From the NCBI GenBank assembly GCA_026004195.1, contig BPIQ01000004.1, forward strand, positions 40,923-104,922: a stretch of DNA of 64,000 nucleotides, written 5' to 3'. How positions within the stretch are numbered: position 1 is the stretch's first letter; each line of letters opens with the position of its first letter. The notes below the pieces were generated by a model that was given only the letters and a program-made list of their open reading frames with translations, had not been told where the DNA came from and did no database searches. This document shows, piece by piece, positions 19,685 to 29,985 of this stretch. Source of the DNA: Candidatus Binatia bacterium. GTDB taxonomy: Bacteria > Desulfobacterota > Binatia > HRBIN30 > BPIQ01. Both the position numbers and the translations under genes were made by a program.

Positions 19685-21394
19685 ATGGATCGAATTCTGC
19701 GCGTGGACATGACGAATCTTCGGGTTCGAGAGGAACCCTATCCCGCCGAGTGGGCGGCGCTCGGCGGCCGAGCACTGGGCTCGCGCATCCTTCTCCGAGA
19801 GGTGGACCCGAAGTGCGACCCTCTGGGCCCGGACAACAAGGTGGTTTTCGCGCCTGGCTCGCTCGCAGGCTCCGCGGCTCCGACGTCGGGACGGATGAGC
19901 GTCTGCGCGAAGAGCCCTCTCACGGGGGGCATCAAAGAAGCCAACGCCGGGGGACAGCCGGGACAGAAACTCATGCGACTCGGCTACCGGGCCGTCGTGG
20001 TCGAAGGACAACCGAAGGACCCGGAAAAACGCTACGTGCTGACCATCACGAAAGACGGCGCGCGCATCGACGAAGCGCAGGATCTCAAGGGGCTGCGCAC
20101 GTATGCCTGCTGCGAGAAACTCTCCGGGCGAACGAGCAAGCGAGCCGCCTTCATCGTCTGCGGGCCGGCCGGAGAGCTCCGCTTCCGCGGGGCTAGCGTC
20201 GCGCTCACCGACCAGGACAACCGCTATCCCACGCGACACGCCGCGCGGGGAGGTCTCGGCGCGGTCATGGGTGCCAAGGGGCTCAAAGCCATCGTCGTGG
20301 ACGACGAGGGCACGAGTGCACGGACACCGAAGGACCCGAAGACGTTCAAGGAACTCGTCACGAACATGACGAAAGCCTACAAGGCCGGTCCCCAGCTCTT
20401 CGCGCTCGGCACGTCGGCCAGCGTCCCCATCGCGAACATGCTCCACACCTTCCCCACCCGGAACCGTCGGGAGATGCAGTTCGAGGACGCCGACAAAATC
20501 GACGGTGCGCGCATCGTCGAGAACTTCGAGACGCGGGGCGGCGGCATGCACAACTGCATGAGCGGCTGCATCGTCCGCTGTTCCAACGTGGTCCACGGAC
20601 CCGACAAATCCTACGTCACGTCGGCGCTCGAGTTCGAGACGATCGCCCTCATGGGTTCGAACTGCGCGGTGGGAGACATCGACAAAATCGCGAAAATGGA
20701 CCGCCTCTGCGACGAGCTCGGACTCGACACGATCGAAACCGGCGGAGCTTTCGCCGTGGCGATGGACGGCGGGAAGATCGCCTTCGGGGACGCCGACGCG
20801 ATGATTCGGCTCCTGGAAGCCGTCGACAAGGGAAGCGACGAGCTCGCCGTCGCGGTCGCGAACGGCGTCGTGGCCACGGGTAAGAAATACGGAGTTCCCC
20901 GCATCCCCGCCGTCAAGGGCCAGGGAATTCCGGCGTGGGAACCGCGGACGCTTCCGGCCACGGGCGTCACCTACTGCACGAGCCCCATGGGGGCGGACCA
21001 CACCGCCGGTCTCGTGATCGGAGCCCCGGACAACGACCTTGCGCGAGCCTCCCAACAGGCCCAGATCGTCAACGCCGTCTGCGACTCGAGCGGGTTCTGC
21101 CAGTTCATGCAGCCCACGCTCGAGGAGATGCGGCGTCTTTTCAACGCCATGTACGGCCTCGACCTCACGGAGGACGACATCGTGGACTACGGGTGGCAGT
21201 GCCTCCAGGAGGAGTGGGAGTTCAACCGGAAAGCGGGCTTCACCGAGGCCGACGACCGCCTTCCCGAGTGGATGTCGACCGAAGCCGTGCCTTCGAACGG
21301 CGCCGTCTTCCAGGTGCCGCCCGAAGAAATCCGGCGAGTCTACACGAAGATGGAAAAGACGCCGGAGTTTCTCGCCATGAAGGCCGTGGGCTGA
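19685..21394 (+). CDS. Aldehyde:ferredoxin oxidoreductase family (tungsto/molybdopterin) enzyme
   Basis: MDRILRVDMTNLRVREEPYP...DPLGPDNKVVFAPGSLAGSAAPTSGRMSVCAKSPLTGG...GYRAVVVEGQ, the AOR N-terminal pattern, with a C-terminal AOR domain. The upstream 380 aa of the track ORF is junk. Confidence 0.85.
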   Translation: MDRILRVDMTNLRVREEPYPAEWAALGGRALGSRILLREVDPKCDPLGPDNKVVFAPGSLAGSAAPTSGRMSVCAKSPLTGGIKEANAGGQPGQKLMRLGYRAVVVEGQPKDPEKRYVLTITKDGARIDEAQDLKGLRTYACCEKLSGRTSKRAAFIVCGPAGELRFRGASVALTDQDNRYPTRHAARGGLGAVMGAKGLKAIVVDDEGTSARTPKDPKTFKELVTNMTKAYKAGPQLFALGTSASVPIANMLHTFPTRNRREMQFEDADKIDGARIVENFETRGGGMHNCMSGCIVRCSNVVHGPDKSYVTSALEFETIALMGSNCAVGDIDKIAKMDRLCDELGLDTIETGGAFAVAMDGGKIAFGDADAMIRLLEAVDKGSDELAVAVANGVVATGKKYGVPRIPAVKGQGIPAWEPRTLPATGVTYCTSPMGADHTAGLVIGAPDNDLARASQQAQIVNAVCDSSGFCQFMQPTLEEMRRLFNAMYGLDLTEDDIVDYGWQCLQEEWEFNRKAGFTEADDRLPEWMSTEAVPSNGAVFQVPPEEIRRVYTKMEKTPEFLAMKAVG

Positions 21395-21586
21395 GGAGCG
21401 GAACGAGCGCGTGCCGTCGGGCGTAGGGGAGCGCCCCTCGCCGCGAGTCCCGCGGACGGCGTCGCGAGCCCTCGGTACGCCCCCACCGGTCGACCGCTCC
21501 CGAGGCGCGAGCCACCCGGATCGGGCACTGGCGTGCTTCTTCCGGCACGCGTCGGCCTCGGCGGCCCTCCTTCGGGAGCGCCGCCC

Positions 21587-22864
21587 TCAGACCTCCTCGC
21601 GCGGCACGTCGAACCGCTCGACGTACCCTCGCACCTTCTCCCGCTCCGCCACGGGGTCGAGGCCGGTGTTGGCAAAGCGGTACACGTGCGGCCCGTAGCG
21701 GTCGCGAGGATGAGCCGCGAGAAAACTCCGCATCCGCCTCTCGGCCTCGCCGGTCCACTTGAAGTCGAAACGCTCGTAAATCCGCCGGACCGCGGCGATC
21801 GGGTCCGCGACGAGCTCCCCGAACGAAAGGTCGACCACGCACTCGGGACGGACGAGCCCCCGCTCGCGGGCGTCGACGGACCGTTCGAGGGCGACCCTCA
21901 GGGTTTCGGACCACTCGCGAGCGATTTCTTTCGGGTCCACCTTGTCGCTTGCCATCGAGCGCAACGTGACTGCGAGACTCGTGAGCGACGCGACGATCCG
22001 CAGCGGATCCCGGTGCGTCTGGACCAGGCGCGCGTCGGGATATTCGGCCAGAAGAGCCGGGAGCGACCAGAGATGTCCCGGTGATTTGAGAACCCATCTC
22101 CGTCCCGGACACCGCCACTGGAGAAGCTGGAGGAAAAGGCGGTGGAAGCGATAGGCGGGACCGAGCTCCGCCTCGTGCAAAAGCCATCGCGTGTAGGAGG
22201 GCACCCTGTGCGTCGTCGAAAAAAGCAAACTCGCGAACTCGTGGGCCGTGATGGCGACGCACTCCTGTGGAAGCGTGGCTCCCATCGGGTGCATTTTCTT
22301 GAAGTCCGGCAGGATCCGGTCCACCCGGTCGAGGCGTGCCTGGACTTCCGCGATCCGGGGATCCGTCTCGTACGTCTGCCGCTCGGGCGGAGGACAAGGA
22401 CGAGCAACTTCCCAGGTCATCGGCACGCGGTTCGCAGGATCCTGGGCGAGAAGCTCGTGGAGGATCGTGGTGCCCGTCCTCGGCATCCCCACGACGAAGA
22501 CCGGCTGCTCGATCCGGACACGCGTGATTTCAGGGTGCTCGCCGACGACGCGGGCGATCCGCAGGCGGTTTTCGAGGTAGCCGAGCGCGTCGCTCCGGGC
22601 CAGGATCCGACCGAAGGGCGTGAGTGCGGCCTCTTTTTCCCAGGCTTCCGAGAGGCGCCGGAGACCTTCGAGGAACGAGAGTCCTCCGAAGTCCTCCAGG
22701 CCGGTCCGGCGCCGCGCGGATTCGAGAAGTTTTTCGGGATGCAAGCCGGGCCAGCGGACACGGAGTGCCTCACCGACGGCGCCGAGACGGTTGAAGGCTC
22801 GGACCGGAAACGGAAGCGAGGGAGCTCTCACCGCTCGAGGTCCTCGAAACGAACCAGCCGACAC
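21587..22864 (-). CDS. Sulfotransferase family protein
   Basis: PAPS-binding loop VFVVGMPRTGTTILHELL and the later RDPLRIVASL motif. Confidence 0.8.
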   Translation of the reverse strand: MSAGSFRGPRAVRAPSLPFPVRAFNRLGAVGEALRVRWPGLHPEKLLESARRRTGLEDFGGLSFLEGLRRLSEAWEKEAALTPFGRILARSDALGYLENRLRIARVVGEHPEITRVRIEQPVFVVGMPRTGTTILHELLAQDPANRVPMTWEVARPCPPPERQTYETDPRIAEVQARLDRVDRILPDFKKMHPMGATLPQECVAITAHEFASLLFSTTHRVPSYTRWLLHEAELGPAYRFHRLFLQLLQWRCPGRRWVLKSPGHLWSLPALLAEYPDARLVQTHRDPLRIVASLTSLAVTLRSMASDKVDPKEIAREWSETLRVALERSVDARERGLVRPECVVDLSFGELVADPIAAVRRIYERFDFKWTGEAERRMRSFLAAHPRDRYGPHVYRFANTGLDPVAEREKVRGYVERFDVPREEV

Positions 22865-23968
22865 TCCGGACGTGGGGGCTTCTCCCGAGGCAAGAGGAAG
22901 CGCCAGAAGATCGTCCCTTCCGAGTGACCGTCCGTGTCGAGCCAGTTGGGGACGCCGGGATCGCGGTGAGCGATGACGATTCGGTACGAGCCGTCGGGCT
23001 CCGGCACGATCTGCCTCCGGTTGAGCGACACACGCCGGTCCCGGTACTCGAACGTCTGCATGTGCCGGTTCCAGAGGACGACGTTGGCGAACGCACAGTC
23101 TGGCAGCCGTCCCGTCATGACCAAGGCCTCGTCGGGGGCCACCCGAAACGGAGCCATGGCGTAGGCGATGTCCACCGCTCCCCAGGCGGCCTGTCCCGAC
23201 GCACCGAAAGCCGCAGGTTCCGGAAGCTCGTTCGGCACGCGCGAGACGAAAGGCACGGGCAGCGTGGTCAAGTCGAGAAGCTCGACGCTACCGCCCCGAA
23301 CGAAGGCCGCGACGTCTTCGATGCGCCTGGCCATGACCTCGTCGTCTCGCTCCGAACGCCGAGGGGGCGTACCGAGTGCTTCGATCTCGAGCTCGACCCG
23401 GATCTCCGGGTCCGACGCCGCGCAGCGCTCGAGCTCGTAGTAGTGCCGGACGATGAGCGAAGCGGCCCCCGGGTCGAGCCGAACCCAGTTGCCGGGCGCG
23501 GGCTCGGGGCCGAATACGATCTCGTAGCTCCCGTCTTCCCGGAACTCGAGCGCGCGGTCGTTCACGTCGGCCAGGACGGGCTCGGCTGCCATCCCGAGCT
23601 TTCCGTCCGGGGACCGGCCGTGGACGGTGAAGGAGAAGTAGCACTCCAGGCCGCGGCGTCCCCTGACCCGGTAGGTTCGGTCGCCCCGGATTCGCGCGAA
23701 GTGGTAGATCGCGTCGGGGTTGTCGCCGCCGAGCTTGCGCACGGGGGGAAACCATCCGCACGAACGAAGGCCGGTCCGGATCGCCTTCGAGGTAGAAATC
23801 GATGCCCGCGGAAAGCAGGTGGAGAAGGTACCGGTACCCCTCCACCGCGTCACCGGGGTCGCCGCCCGCCCGTTCGGGAGACAGGTAGTCTCGCCCGGCC
23901 TCCCGCAGGACCTCGAGTAGCTCCTCGAAAGCCCGGCCCGAAAGCAGTCGAGCTCGCTCTGCGCTCAC
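22828..23968 (-). pseudogene. DUF1214-like protein split by a 1-nt frameshift in a C6 run
   Basis: The N-terminal 75 aa (23968-23744, ...EGYRYLLHLLSAGIDFYLEGDPDRPSFVRMVSP) continue in another frame as VRKLGGDNPDAIYHFARIRGDRTYRVRG... (to 22828). The junction is the run gggggg at 23743-23748 on the plus strand; deleting one base joins MVSP to VRKLGG. Confidence 0.7.
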
Positions 23969-23984
23969 GACGGATCCTCCCCTC

Positions 23985-24803
23985 TCAGTGCATTTCCATC
24001 CCGCCGTCCACGTTGATGGCCTGCCCGGTCACGGCGCGGGCCGTCGCCAGAAAGACCGCTGCCTCCCCGACGTCCTCCGGCGTCTGCGGCCTCCCCTGGG
24101 GGACGAGCCAGGCGATCACCCTCTTCCAGGCGTCCTCCTTGCTCTCGTCCTTCCCCCGGAACCGTTCGGCCAGGTACTCCCACATCTGCGTCCGGAGGAT
24201 CCCCGGGCAGATCGCGTTCACGCGGATGCCACGGCGGGCCACTTCCTTGGCGAGCGCGTTGGTGAATCCCACGACGGCGAACTTCGAAGCGCAGTAGTGG
24301 GCGAGTCCCGGCGTCCCGTTCTTCCCCGCCACGGAAGCCACGTTGATGATGCACGGATCGGAAGATTTCTCGAGGAAGGGAAGCGCTGCCTTGCAGGAGA
24401 GAAAAACCCCTTTCACGTTGACGGCGAACAGAAGATCCCACGCCTCTTCGGGTATTTCCTCGACGCGCGCGACGTGCACGACGCCGGCGTTGCACACCAG
24501 GATGTCGAGCCCGCCGAGCTTCTCGACGGTCTCGCGAACCATGCGCTCGGTGTCTTCCCACCGCGTCACGTCGGCTCGGACGGCGAGCGCCTTGCGCCCG
24601 AGTGCCTCGATTTCCCGTGCGGTCTCGCGCGCGGCGGCATACCCACCCACCGAAACGTCGCCGTATTGCTGCGCGGCCGACGGAAGAGTTTCCACCTCGG
24701 CGATCGCCACGTGGGCGCCCTCTTTCGCCAGCGCGAGCGCGATCCCCCTGCCGATCCCGCGCCCGCCGCCCGTAACCAGAGCCACCTTTCCTCCGAGCTT
24801 CAT
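23985..24803 (-). CDS. SDR-family oxidoreductase
   Basis: ATG 24803: MKLGGKVALVTGGGRGIGRGIALAL ... NAG ... YCASK catalytic motif. Confidence 0.9.
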   Translation of the reverse strand: MKLGGKVALVTGGGRGIGRGIALALAKEGAHVAIAEVETLPSAAQQYGDVSVGGYAAARETAREIEALGRKALAVRADVTRWEDTERMVRETVEKLGGLDILVCNAGVVHVARVEEIPEEAWDLLFAVNVKGVFLSCKAALPFLEKSSDPCIINVASVAGKNGTPGLAHYCASKFAVVGFTNALAKEVARRGIRVNAICPGILRTQMWEYLAERFRGKDESKEDAWKRVIAWLVPQGRPQTPEDVGEAAVFLATARAVTGQAINVDGGMEMH

Positions 24804-25029
24804 CGCGTTCCTCCCCGTCGTTTTCGCTGCGCCCGGCGGGGGCCCGCTCGGGAGTTTTCCTCCCGGACCGGACTTCGCGCCGGGCCCGTGCTTCCTAGTC
24901 GTTTTTCCGCCCGGAGACAAAGATCCCCTTGTGCCGGCCGGCTCCGGGACACAAGTTTCGCGCCGAAAAGGACCCTCGTTGAAAAAACCGAGGCAGGCCG
25001 TCTATCCTGCGGCTTTGAGTTCGGCGCCC

Positions 25030-25290
25030 ATGTACATCGAGGAAACGCTTCGAGAGGCCCTCCGGCGGCACGCGGAAGTCGCGAACCCGGAGGACGTCGA
25101 GTGGGCCGAGCGCTGGGTCAAGCGGGTCACGATCCTCCTCGAGTGGATCGCCCAGCACCCCCATCTCGTGGAAATCCAGAACGAGGCGTCTGCGTTGCTG
25201 CAGCTCTACCGCGGGGAAGCCGTCCCGGAGAAGGCCGCGGAAGAAGCCGGGGAGACCGAAACCGTGGCCAGAGCGCGCCAGAGGGGTTGA
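25030..25290 (+). CDS. Small hypothetical protein (86 aa)
   Basis: ATG 25030, GC3-rich codons, MYIEETLREALRRHAEVANPEDVEWAERWVKRV...; ends 12 nt before the ligase start. Confidence 0.45.
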   Translation: MYIEETLREALRRHAEVANPEDVEWAERWVKRVTILLEWIAQHPHLVEIQNEASALLQLYRGEAVPEKAAEEAGETETVARARQRG

Positions 25291-25301
25291 GCTCGAAGGC
25301 C

Positions 25302-26906
25302 GTGAACCCCGAACTCTTCCTTCCCGCCTCTCGCCTCGAACGTCACCGCGCGCGGGGCGAGTGGCCCGTTCCGAGCGCGGCGCAGCTCCTCGCCGAGCGC
25401 CTGCGGAATGCGCCCGACCGGGAGTTCCTGATCGACGGTACGCAGCGGCTTTCGTTCCGCGCGTTCGAGGACCGGGTATCGCGGCTCGTCGCGGGGCTCC
25501 GCGCCCTCGGAGTACGCCGGGGCGACGTGGTTTCCTGGCAGCTCCCGAGCTGGTGGGAAGCCGCCGTGCTCGCGGTGGCGCTCGAACACCTCGGAGCCGT
25601 CCAGAACCCCATCCTTCCCATCTACCGGGAGACGGAAGTGGGCTTCATCGCGCGCGAGACGGGGACGCGGATCCTGTTCGTCCCGGGCACCTTCCGGTCG
25701 TTCGACTACCGGGAGCTCGCCCGTTCCGTCCGGGCGCAGGTCCCCTCGATCGAGCACGTGGTGGTCGTCCGCGATCGCCCCTTCGAAGGGGCCCGCGCCT
25801 TCGGGGACCTTCTCGGGGAGAGGGACGGCCGGGCGCCGGTCGAACGAGACCTCCACGAGGTAAGCTTCGTTTTTTACACGTCGGGGACCACCTCGGAACC
25901 CAAGGGCGTCCTCCACAGCACCTCGACCCTGGGCGCTTTCGCCCGCGCGAACGCACGGGTATCCGGAAGTTCGGAAAGCGACGTGAGCCTGCTCCAGTTT
26001 CCGCTCACCCACATCGGCGGGCTCGCGGCTTTCGTCGTCCTACCGCTCCTCGTGGGATCGCGCGTCGTCTACCTCGACGTCTGGGATCCCGAGCGGGCCC
26101 TCGACCTCGTCGAGAAAGAAGGCGTGACGAGCGCAGGCGGGCCGCCCCCGATCCTCCAGGGAATCCTCTCGGCCCCGGGATTCCGGCCCGAGCGCGTCCG
26201 GACTCTGCGCACCGCCGGCACCGGAGCCGCGGACATCCCACCCGAGCTCGTCCGCGAGGTGCGCCGCAGACTCGGCGTGAAAAGCTTCCGGTCGTACGGG
26301 CTCACGGAGTGCCCCATGCTCACCTCGGGACGCCCCGAGGATCCCGAGGAAAAGTGCGTGTCGACCGACGGCCGACCGTCGCCGGGCTGCGAGGTGCGCA
26401 TCGTCGACGAGAGCGGCCGGGCCTGCCCGCCCGGGACGGAAGGTGAAATCGAGTGTTTCGGCCCCCAGCTCTGCCTCGGTTACTGGAATTCCGAGCTCGA
26501 TCGCGAAGCTTTCACGGCCGACGGCTTTTTGCGCACGGGCGACCTCGGGATTCTCGACGAAGAAGGCTACTTGCGCGTGACGGGCCGCAAGAAGGACATC
26601 ATCATCCGCAAGGGCGAGAACCTGAGTGCCAAGTCGATCGAGGACGTTCTCTACGAGCATCCTGCGGTGGCCGATGCGGCCGTGGTCGGCCTTCCCGATC
26701 CCGAGTGCGGGGAGAAAGTCTGTGCCTGTGTCGTCCTGCGGCCGGGAGCCTCGCTGACGCTGGCCGAGCTCGCTCGCTTCATGGAGGAAAAGCGAGTCAT
26801 GAAACAGAAAATCCCGGAGAGGCTCGAGATCCTCCCGTCGCTGCCGCGCAATGCTACGGGGAAAGTAAAGAAGTTCGAGCTCCGTGCCCGCTTCTCGGGT
26901 CGCTAG
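25302..26906 (+). CDS. AMP-dependent acyl-CoA synthetase/ligase
   Basis: FVFYTSGTTSEPKGVLHS (AMP motif), YGLTE, TGDLG, GRKKDIIIRKGENL, C-terminal PRNATGKVKK. Start GTG 25302 is uncertain. Confidence 0.88.
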   Translation: MNPELFLPASRLERHRARGEWPVPSAAQLLAERLRNAPDREFLIDGTQRLSFRAFEDRVSRLVAGLRALGVRRGDVVSWQLPSWWEAAVLAVALEHLGAVQNPILPIYRETEVGFIARETGTRILFVPGTFRSFDYRELARSVRAQVPSIEHVVVVRDRPFEGARAFGDLLGERDGRAPVERDLHEVSFVFYTSGTTSEPKGVLHSTSTLGAFARANARVSGSSESDVSLLQFPLTHIGGLAAFVVLPLLVGSRVVYLDVWDPERALDLVEKEGVTSAGGPPPILQGILSAPGFRPERVRTLRTAGTGAADIPPELVREVRRRLGVKSFRSYGLTECPMLTSGRPEDPEEKCVSTDGRPSPGCEVRIVDESGRACPPGTEGEIECFGPQLCLGYWNSELDREAFTADGFLRTGDLGILDEEGYLRVTGRKKDIIIRKGENLSAKSIEDVLYEHPAVADAAVVGLPDPECGEKVCACVVLRPGASLTLAELARFMEEKRVMKQKIPERLEILPSLPRNATGKVKKFELRARFSGR

Positions 26907-27058
26907 CACGGTGGCGCTCCCCCCGAGGGCCCCCGGGTACGTACGTCCCGAAAAAAGCCTCGGACCGGGTACCGCACGACGGAGCCGACCCACGGTTGCT
27001 CGCCGCGCCCGCTTGTCCTAGCGTCTCGCCGCACCGGAGAAAAGAAGGAGGAAGAACC

Positions 27059-28261
27059 ATGGATTTCTCGCCGACGCCCCGGGCGCAAGCCCTTCGGGAA
27101 AAACTCGTCGCGTTCATGGAAAAGCACGTCTATCCGGTCGAGTCCGAAGCCCTCCGAGAATTCGACCTCGTGGGACCGGGGCGCCCCTACCCGCCGATCG
27201 TTTCCGAGCTGCGGAAGAAAGCGAAAGCCGAAGGGCTCTGGAACCTCTTCCTGCCCGACCCGCGGTACGGACCGGGGCTCACGAACACGGAGTACGGAAT
27301 CCTCTGCGAGACGATGGGCCGGAGCCCGATCGCCCCGTCGGTTTTCAACTGCGCCGCACCGGACACGGGGAACATGGAAATTCTCGCCGAGTTCGGCACC
27401 GAAGAACAGAAAAAACGATGGCTCGAGCCGCTCCTCGAGGGAGAAATCCGGAGCTGCTTTTCCATGACGGAACCCGACACCGCGGGCTCCGACCCGACGC
27501 TGCTTGCGACGCGCGCCGAGCGGCAGGGCGATTTCTACGTGATCAACGGCCGCAAGTGGTTCACTTCCGGCGCCGTCGGCGCGAGCGTCGCGATCGTGAT
27601 GGCCGTCACGAACCCGGACGCCCCCCCGCATGCCCGGGCGAGCCAGATCCTCGTCCCCACGGACACCCCGGGGTTCCACCTCGTACGTTCCGTGCCCGTC
27701 ATGGGCCACGCCGGAGGTCCGGGACACTGCGAGATCGTCTACGAGGATTGTCGGGTCCCGGTGACGAACCTCCTCGGCCAGGAAGGCGCGGGGTTCGCCA
27801 TCGCGCAGGCACGACTGGGTCCCGGCCGCATCCACCACTGCATGCGGCTCATCGGGGGAGCGGAGCGGGCCCTCGAGCTCATGTGCCAGAGGGCCAACAC
27901 GCGCTTTGCGTTCGGCAGCCTTCTCGCCGAAAAGCAGTTCGTCCAGGACTTCATCGCGACGTCCCGGATGGAAATCGACCAGGCACGACTGCTCACGCTC
28001 TACGCGGCCTGGAAGATGGATACCGTCGGCAAAAAAGAAGCCCGGCAGGAAATCTCGATGATCAAGGTCGTCGCGGCCAACATGTTCCAGCGCGTGCTGG
28101 ACCGGGCGATCCAGGTCTTCGGCGCGGCCGGGGTCTCCGACGACTTTCCGCTCGCCCGGATGTGGCGCGAGGGACGCTCGCTCCGGATTGCCGACGGCCC
28201 CGACGAGGTCCACAAGATGGTCATCGCCCGGCGGGAGCTCAAACGGTTCCGGACGCCCTGA
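27059..28261 (+). CDS. Acyl-CoA dehydrogenase family protein
   Basis: ATG 27059 after gaaggaggaag. CFSMTEPDTAGSDPT ... INGRKWFTSG ... RIADGPDEVH, the ACAD pattern (ACAD10/11-like). Confidence 0.9.
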   Translation: MDFSPTPRAQALREKLVAFMEKHVYPVESEALREFDLVGPGRPYPPIVSELRKKAKAEGLWNLFLPDPRYGPGLTNTEYGILCETMGRSPIAPSVFNCAAPDTGNMEILAEFGTEEQKKRWLEPLLEGEIRSCFSMTEPDTAGSDPTLLATRAERQGDFYVINGRKWFTSGAVGASVAIVMAVTNPDAPPHARASQILVPTDTPGFHLVRSVPVMGHAGGPGHCEIVYEDCRVPVTNLLGQEGAGFAIAQARLGPGRIHHCMRLIGGAERALELMCQRANTRFAFGSLLAEKQFVQDFIATSRMEIDQARLLTLYAAWKMDTVGKKEARQEISMIKVVAANMFQRVLDRAIQVFGAAGVSDDFPLARMWREGRSLRIADGPDEVHKMVIARRELKRFRTP

Positions 28262-28303
28262 AGTCGGGATCCCCCGGAAAGCCGCCCTCGACCGGCCGAC
28301 CTT

Positions 28304-29320
28304 TCACCCCATCGGGTACGGGATTTCCCGCGAGATCTTGTCGCACTCGGCCAGAGCTTCCGGCGGAAGCTGGACCTCGGCCGCCCGCAAGGTTTCCTCG
28401 AGCTGCTCGGGACGCGTGGCGCCGACGATCGCCGCGCCGAGAAAGTCGCGGGTGAGCGTCCAGGCGAGCGCGAAAGTCGCGAGCGGAAGGCCGCATTCGC
28501 GAGCGACCGCCGCGAAGCGTTCCGTGGCGGCCAGCGTCCTCTCGTTCACGAAGCGCCGAGTCATCGCCTGTGTCCTGGGCGTGGCGTCCCGGTACAGCGT
28601 GAACCGGGCTCCCTCCGGAAAGGCCCCTCCCTGGTACTTGCCCGTGAGCACACCCCCGGCGAGGGGGCTGTAGGCGAGAAGGCTCACGTTCTCGCGCCTC
28701 GACACCTCGGCAAGCTCGTCCTCGAAACGCCGGTAGAGCAGGCTGAAATTGTTCTGGATCGTTTCGTACCGGACGAATCCCTCCCGCTCGCTCACCCAGA
28801 GACTCTTGGTGAGCCCGTACGCCGTTTCGTTGCTGCATCCCACGTAACGGACCTTTCCTTCCTCGACCAGTCTCGTGAGCGCCTCGAGGGTTTCTTCCAC
28901 GGGCGTCCCGCGATCGGGCCAATGGGTCTGGTAGAGATCGATGTAGTCCGTCCCGAGACGCCGGAGGCTCCCCTCGACCGCCCTCCGGATGTGGTGCCGG
29001 TCGAGCGCCGTCTTTCCGGACCGCACGGGGGCGAGAAACCAGCCCGCGCCGGGGCCCGCGACCTTCGTCGCCACGACAACGGCGTCCCGAGGCTTGCCCG
29101 AAAGCCACTTGCCGCAAATTTCCTCGCTCCGGCCCGCGTATTTCGGGTCCGGCGGAACGGGATAGACCTCGGCTACGTCGAGGAAGTCCACACCGGCGTC
29201 GAACGCCCGGTCGAGAATCGCGAGACTCGTCCGCTCGTCGGCCTGGTTGCCGAACGTCATCGTACCGAGACAGATCTCCGAAACCTCGAGGCCCGTACGG
29301 CCCAAACGTCGCTTTTTCAT
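28304..29320 (-). CDS. Aldo/keto reductase
   Basis: MKKRRLGRTGLEVSEICLGTMTFG ... FLDVAEVY ... GCSNETAYG, the AKR signature. Confidence 0.9.
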   Translation of the reverse strand: MKKRRLGRTGLEVSEICLGTMTFGNQADERTSLAILDRAFDAGVDFLDVAEVYPVPPDPKYAGRSEEICGKWLSGKPRDAVVVATKVAGPGAGWFLAPVRSGKTALDRHHIRRAVEGSLRRLGTDYIDLYQTHWPDRGTPVEETLEALTRLVEEGKVRYVGCSNETAYGLTKSLWVSEREGFVRYETIQNNFSLLYRRFEDELAEVSRRENVSLLAYSPLAGGVLTGKYQGGAFPEGARFTLYRDATPRTQAMTRRFVNERTLAATERFAAVARECGLPLATFALAWTLTRDFLGAAIVGATRPEQLEETLRAAEVQLPPEALAECDKISREIPYPMG

Positions 29321-29487
29321 TCGGCCCTCCTTTCCCCTTTCCGACGTGCTCTCGCGCGGCTGCCGCCGTGGAACTTCGGCCCGCGCCGACTCTCGATCCG
29401 GAAGTGCCAGGCATGCTCACTCCGCGACCCCGTCCGCGCCCCTCGGACGCTGCGTCCGACCCGCGATTCGCTCGTCTCTTTTCGAAT

Positions 29488-29946
29488 TCAAGCCCGAAGT
29501 GCCGCCCCCGGGTCGAAAAGCGTCACACGATCACCGAGGCGAATTTCCCCGCCGTGCACGACTCGGCAGGTAACCCCTCCCCTCCATTCCTTCCCGAGCG
29601 CCTCCCGCAAACCGTCTGCGACCTCGTCCATGCGGGCGCACGGAGCACTCTCTCCGGTGACTTCGAGCACCGCGTTCCCCACGAGCAGCATCGTGCCGGT
29701 CGAGCCGGGGAGCTCGACCCCCTCGACGAAAAGGTTCGCCCGCCGCGCCGTCCAGGGTAACGCCAGGCCCAGCTCGCCGCAGGCCCGCTCCCAGCCCTCT
29801 CGAGCGAGTACCGTGACCTGCCGTCTTCCCGGTCGGCCCCGAAAATCCCCGGCAATCCCGCCGGTCGAGGTAACGCACGCCACGTCGAGCATGCGCATGG
29901 GGCCCCGGGGCTTCTCACGAAACGCGATTCCGACGAGTCTGCCCAC
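29488..29946 (-). CDS. MOSC domain protein
   Basis: GIAGDFRGRPGRRQVTVL ... NLFVEG ... CARMDE ... GGVTCRVVHGGEIRLGD, the MOSC pattern. Confidence 0.8.
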   Translation of the reverse strand: MGRLVGIAFREKPRGPMRMLDVACVTSTGGIAGDFRGRPGRRQVTVLAREGWERACGELGLALPWTARRANLFVEGVELPGSTGTMLLVGNAVLEVTGESAPCARMDEVADGLREALGKEWRGGVTCRVVHGGEIRLGDRVTLFDPGAALRA

Positions 29947-29985
29947 CGAACCTCTCGGAGTTTCTTCCGCACACCGGCTTCCCGA

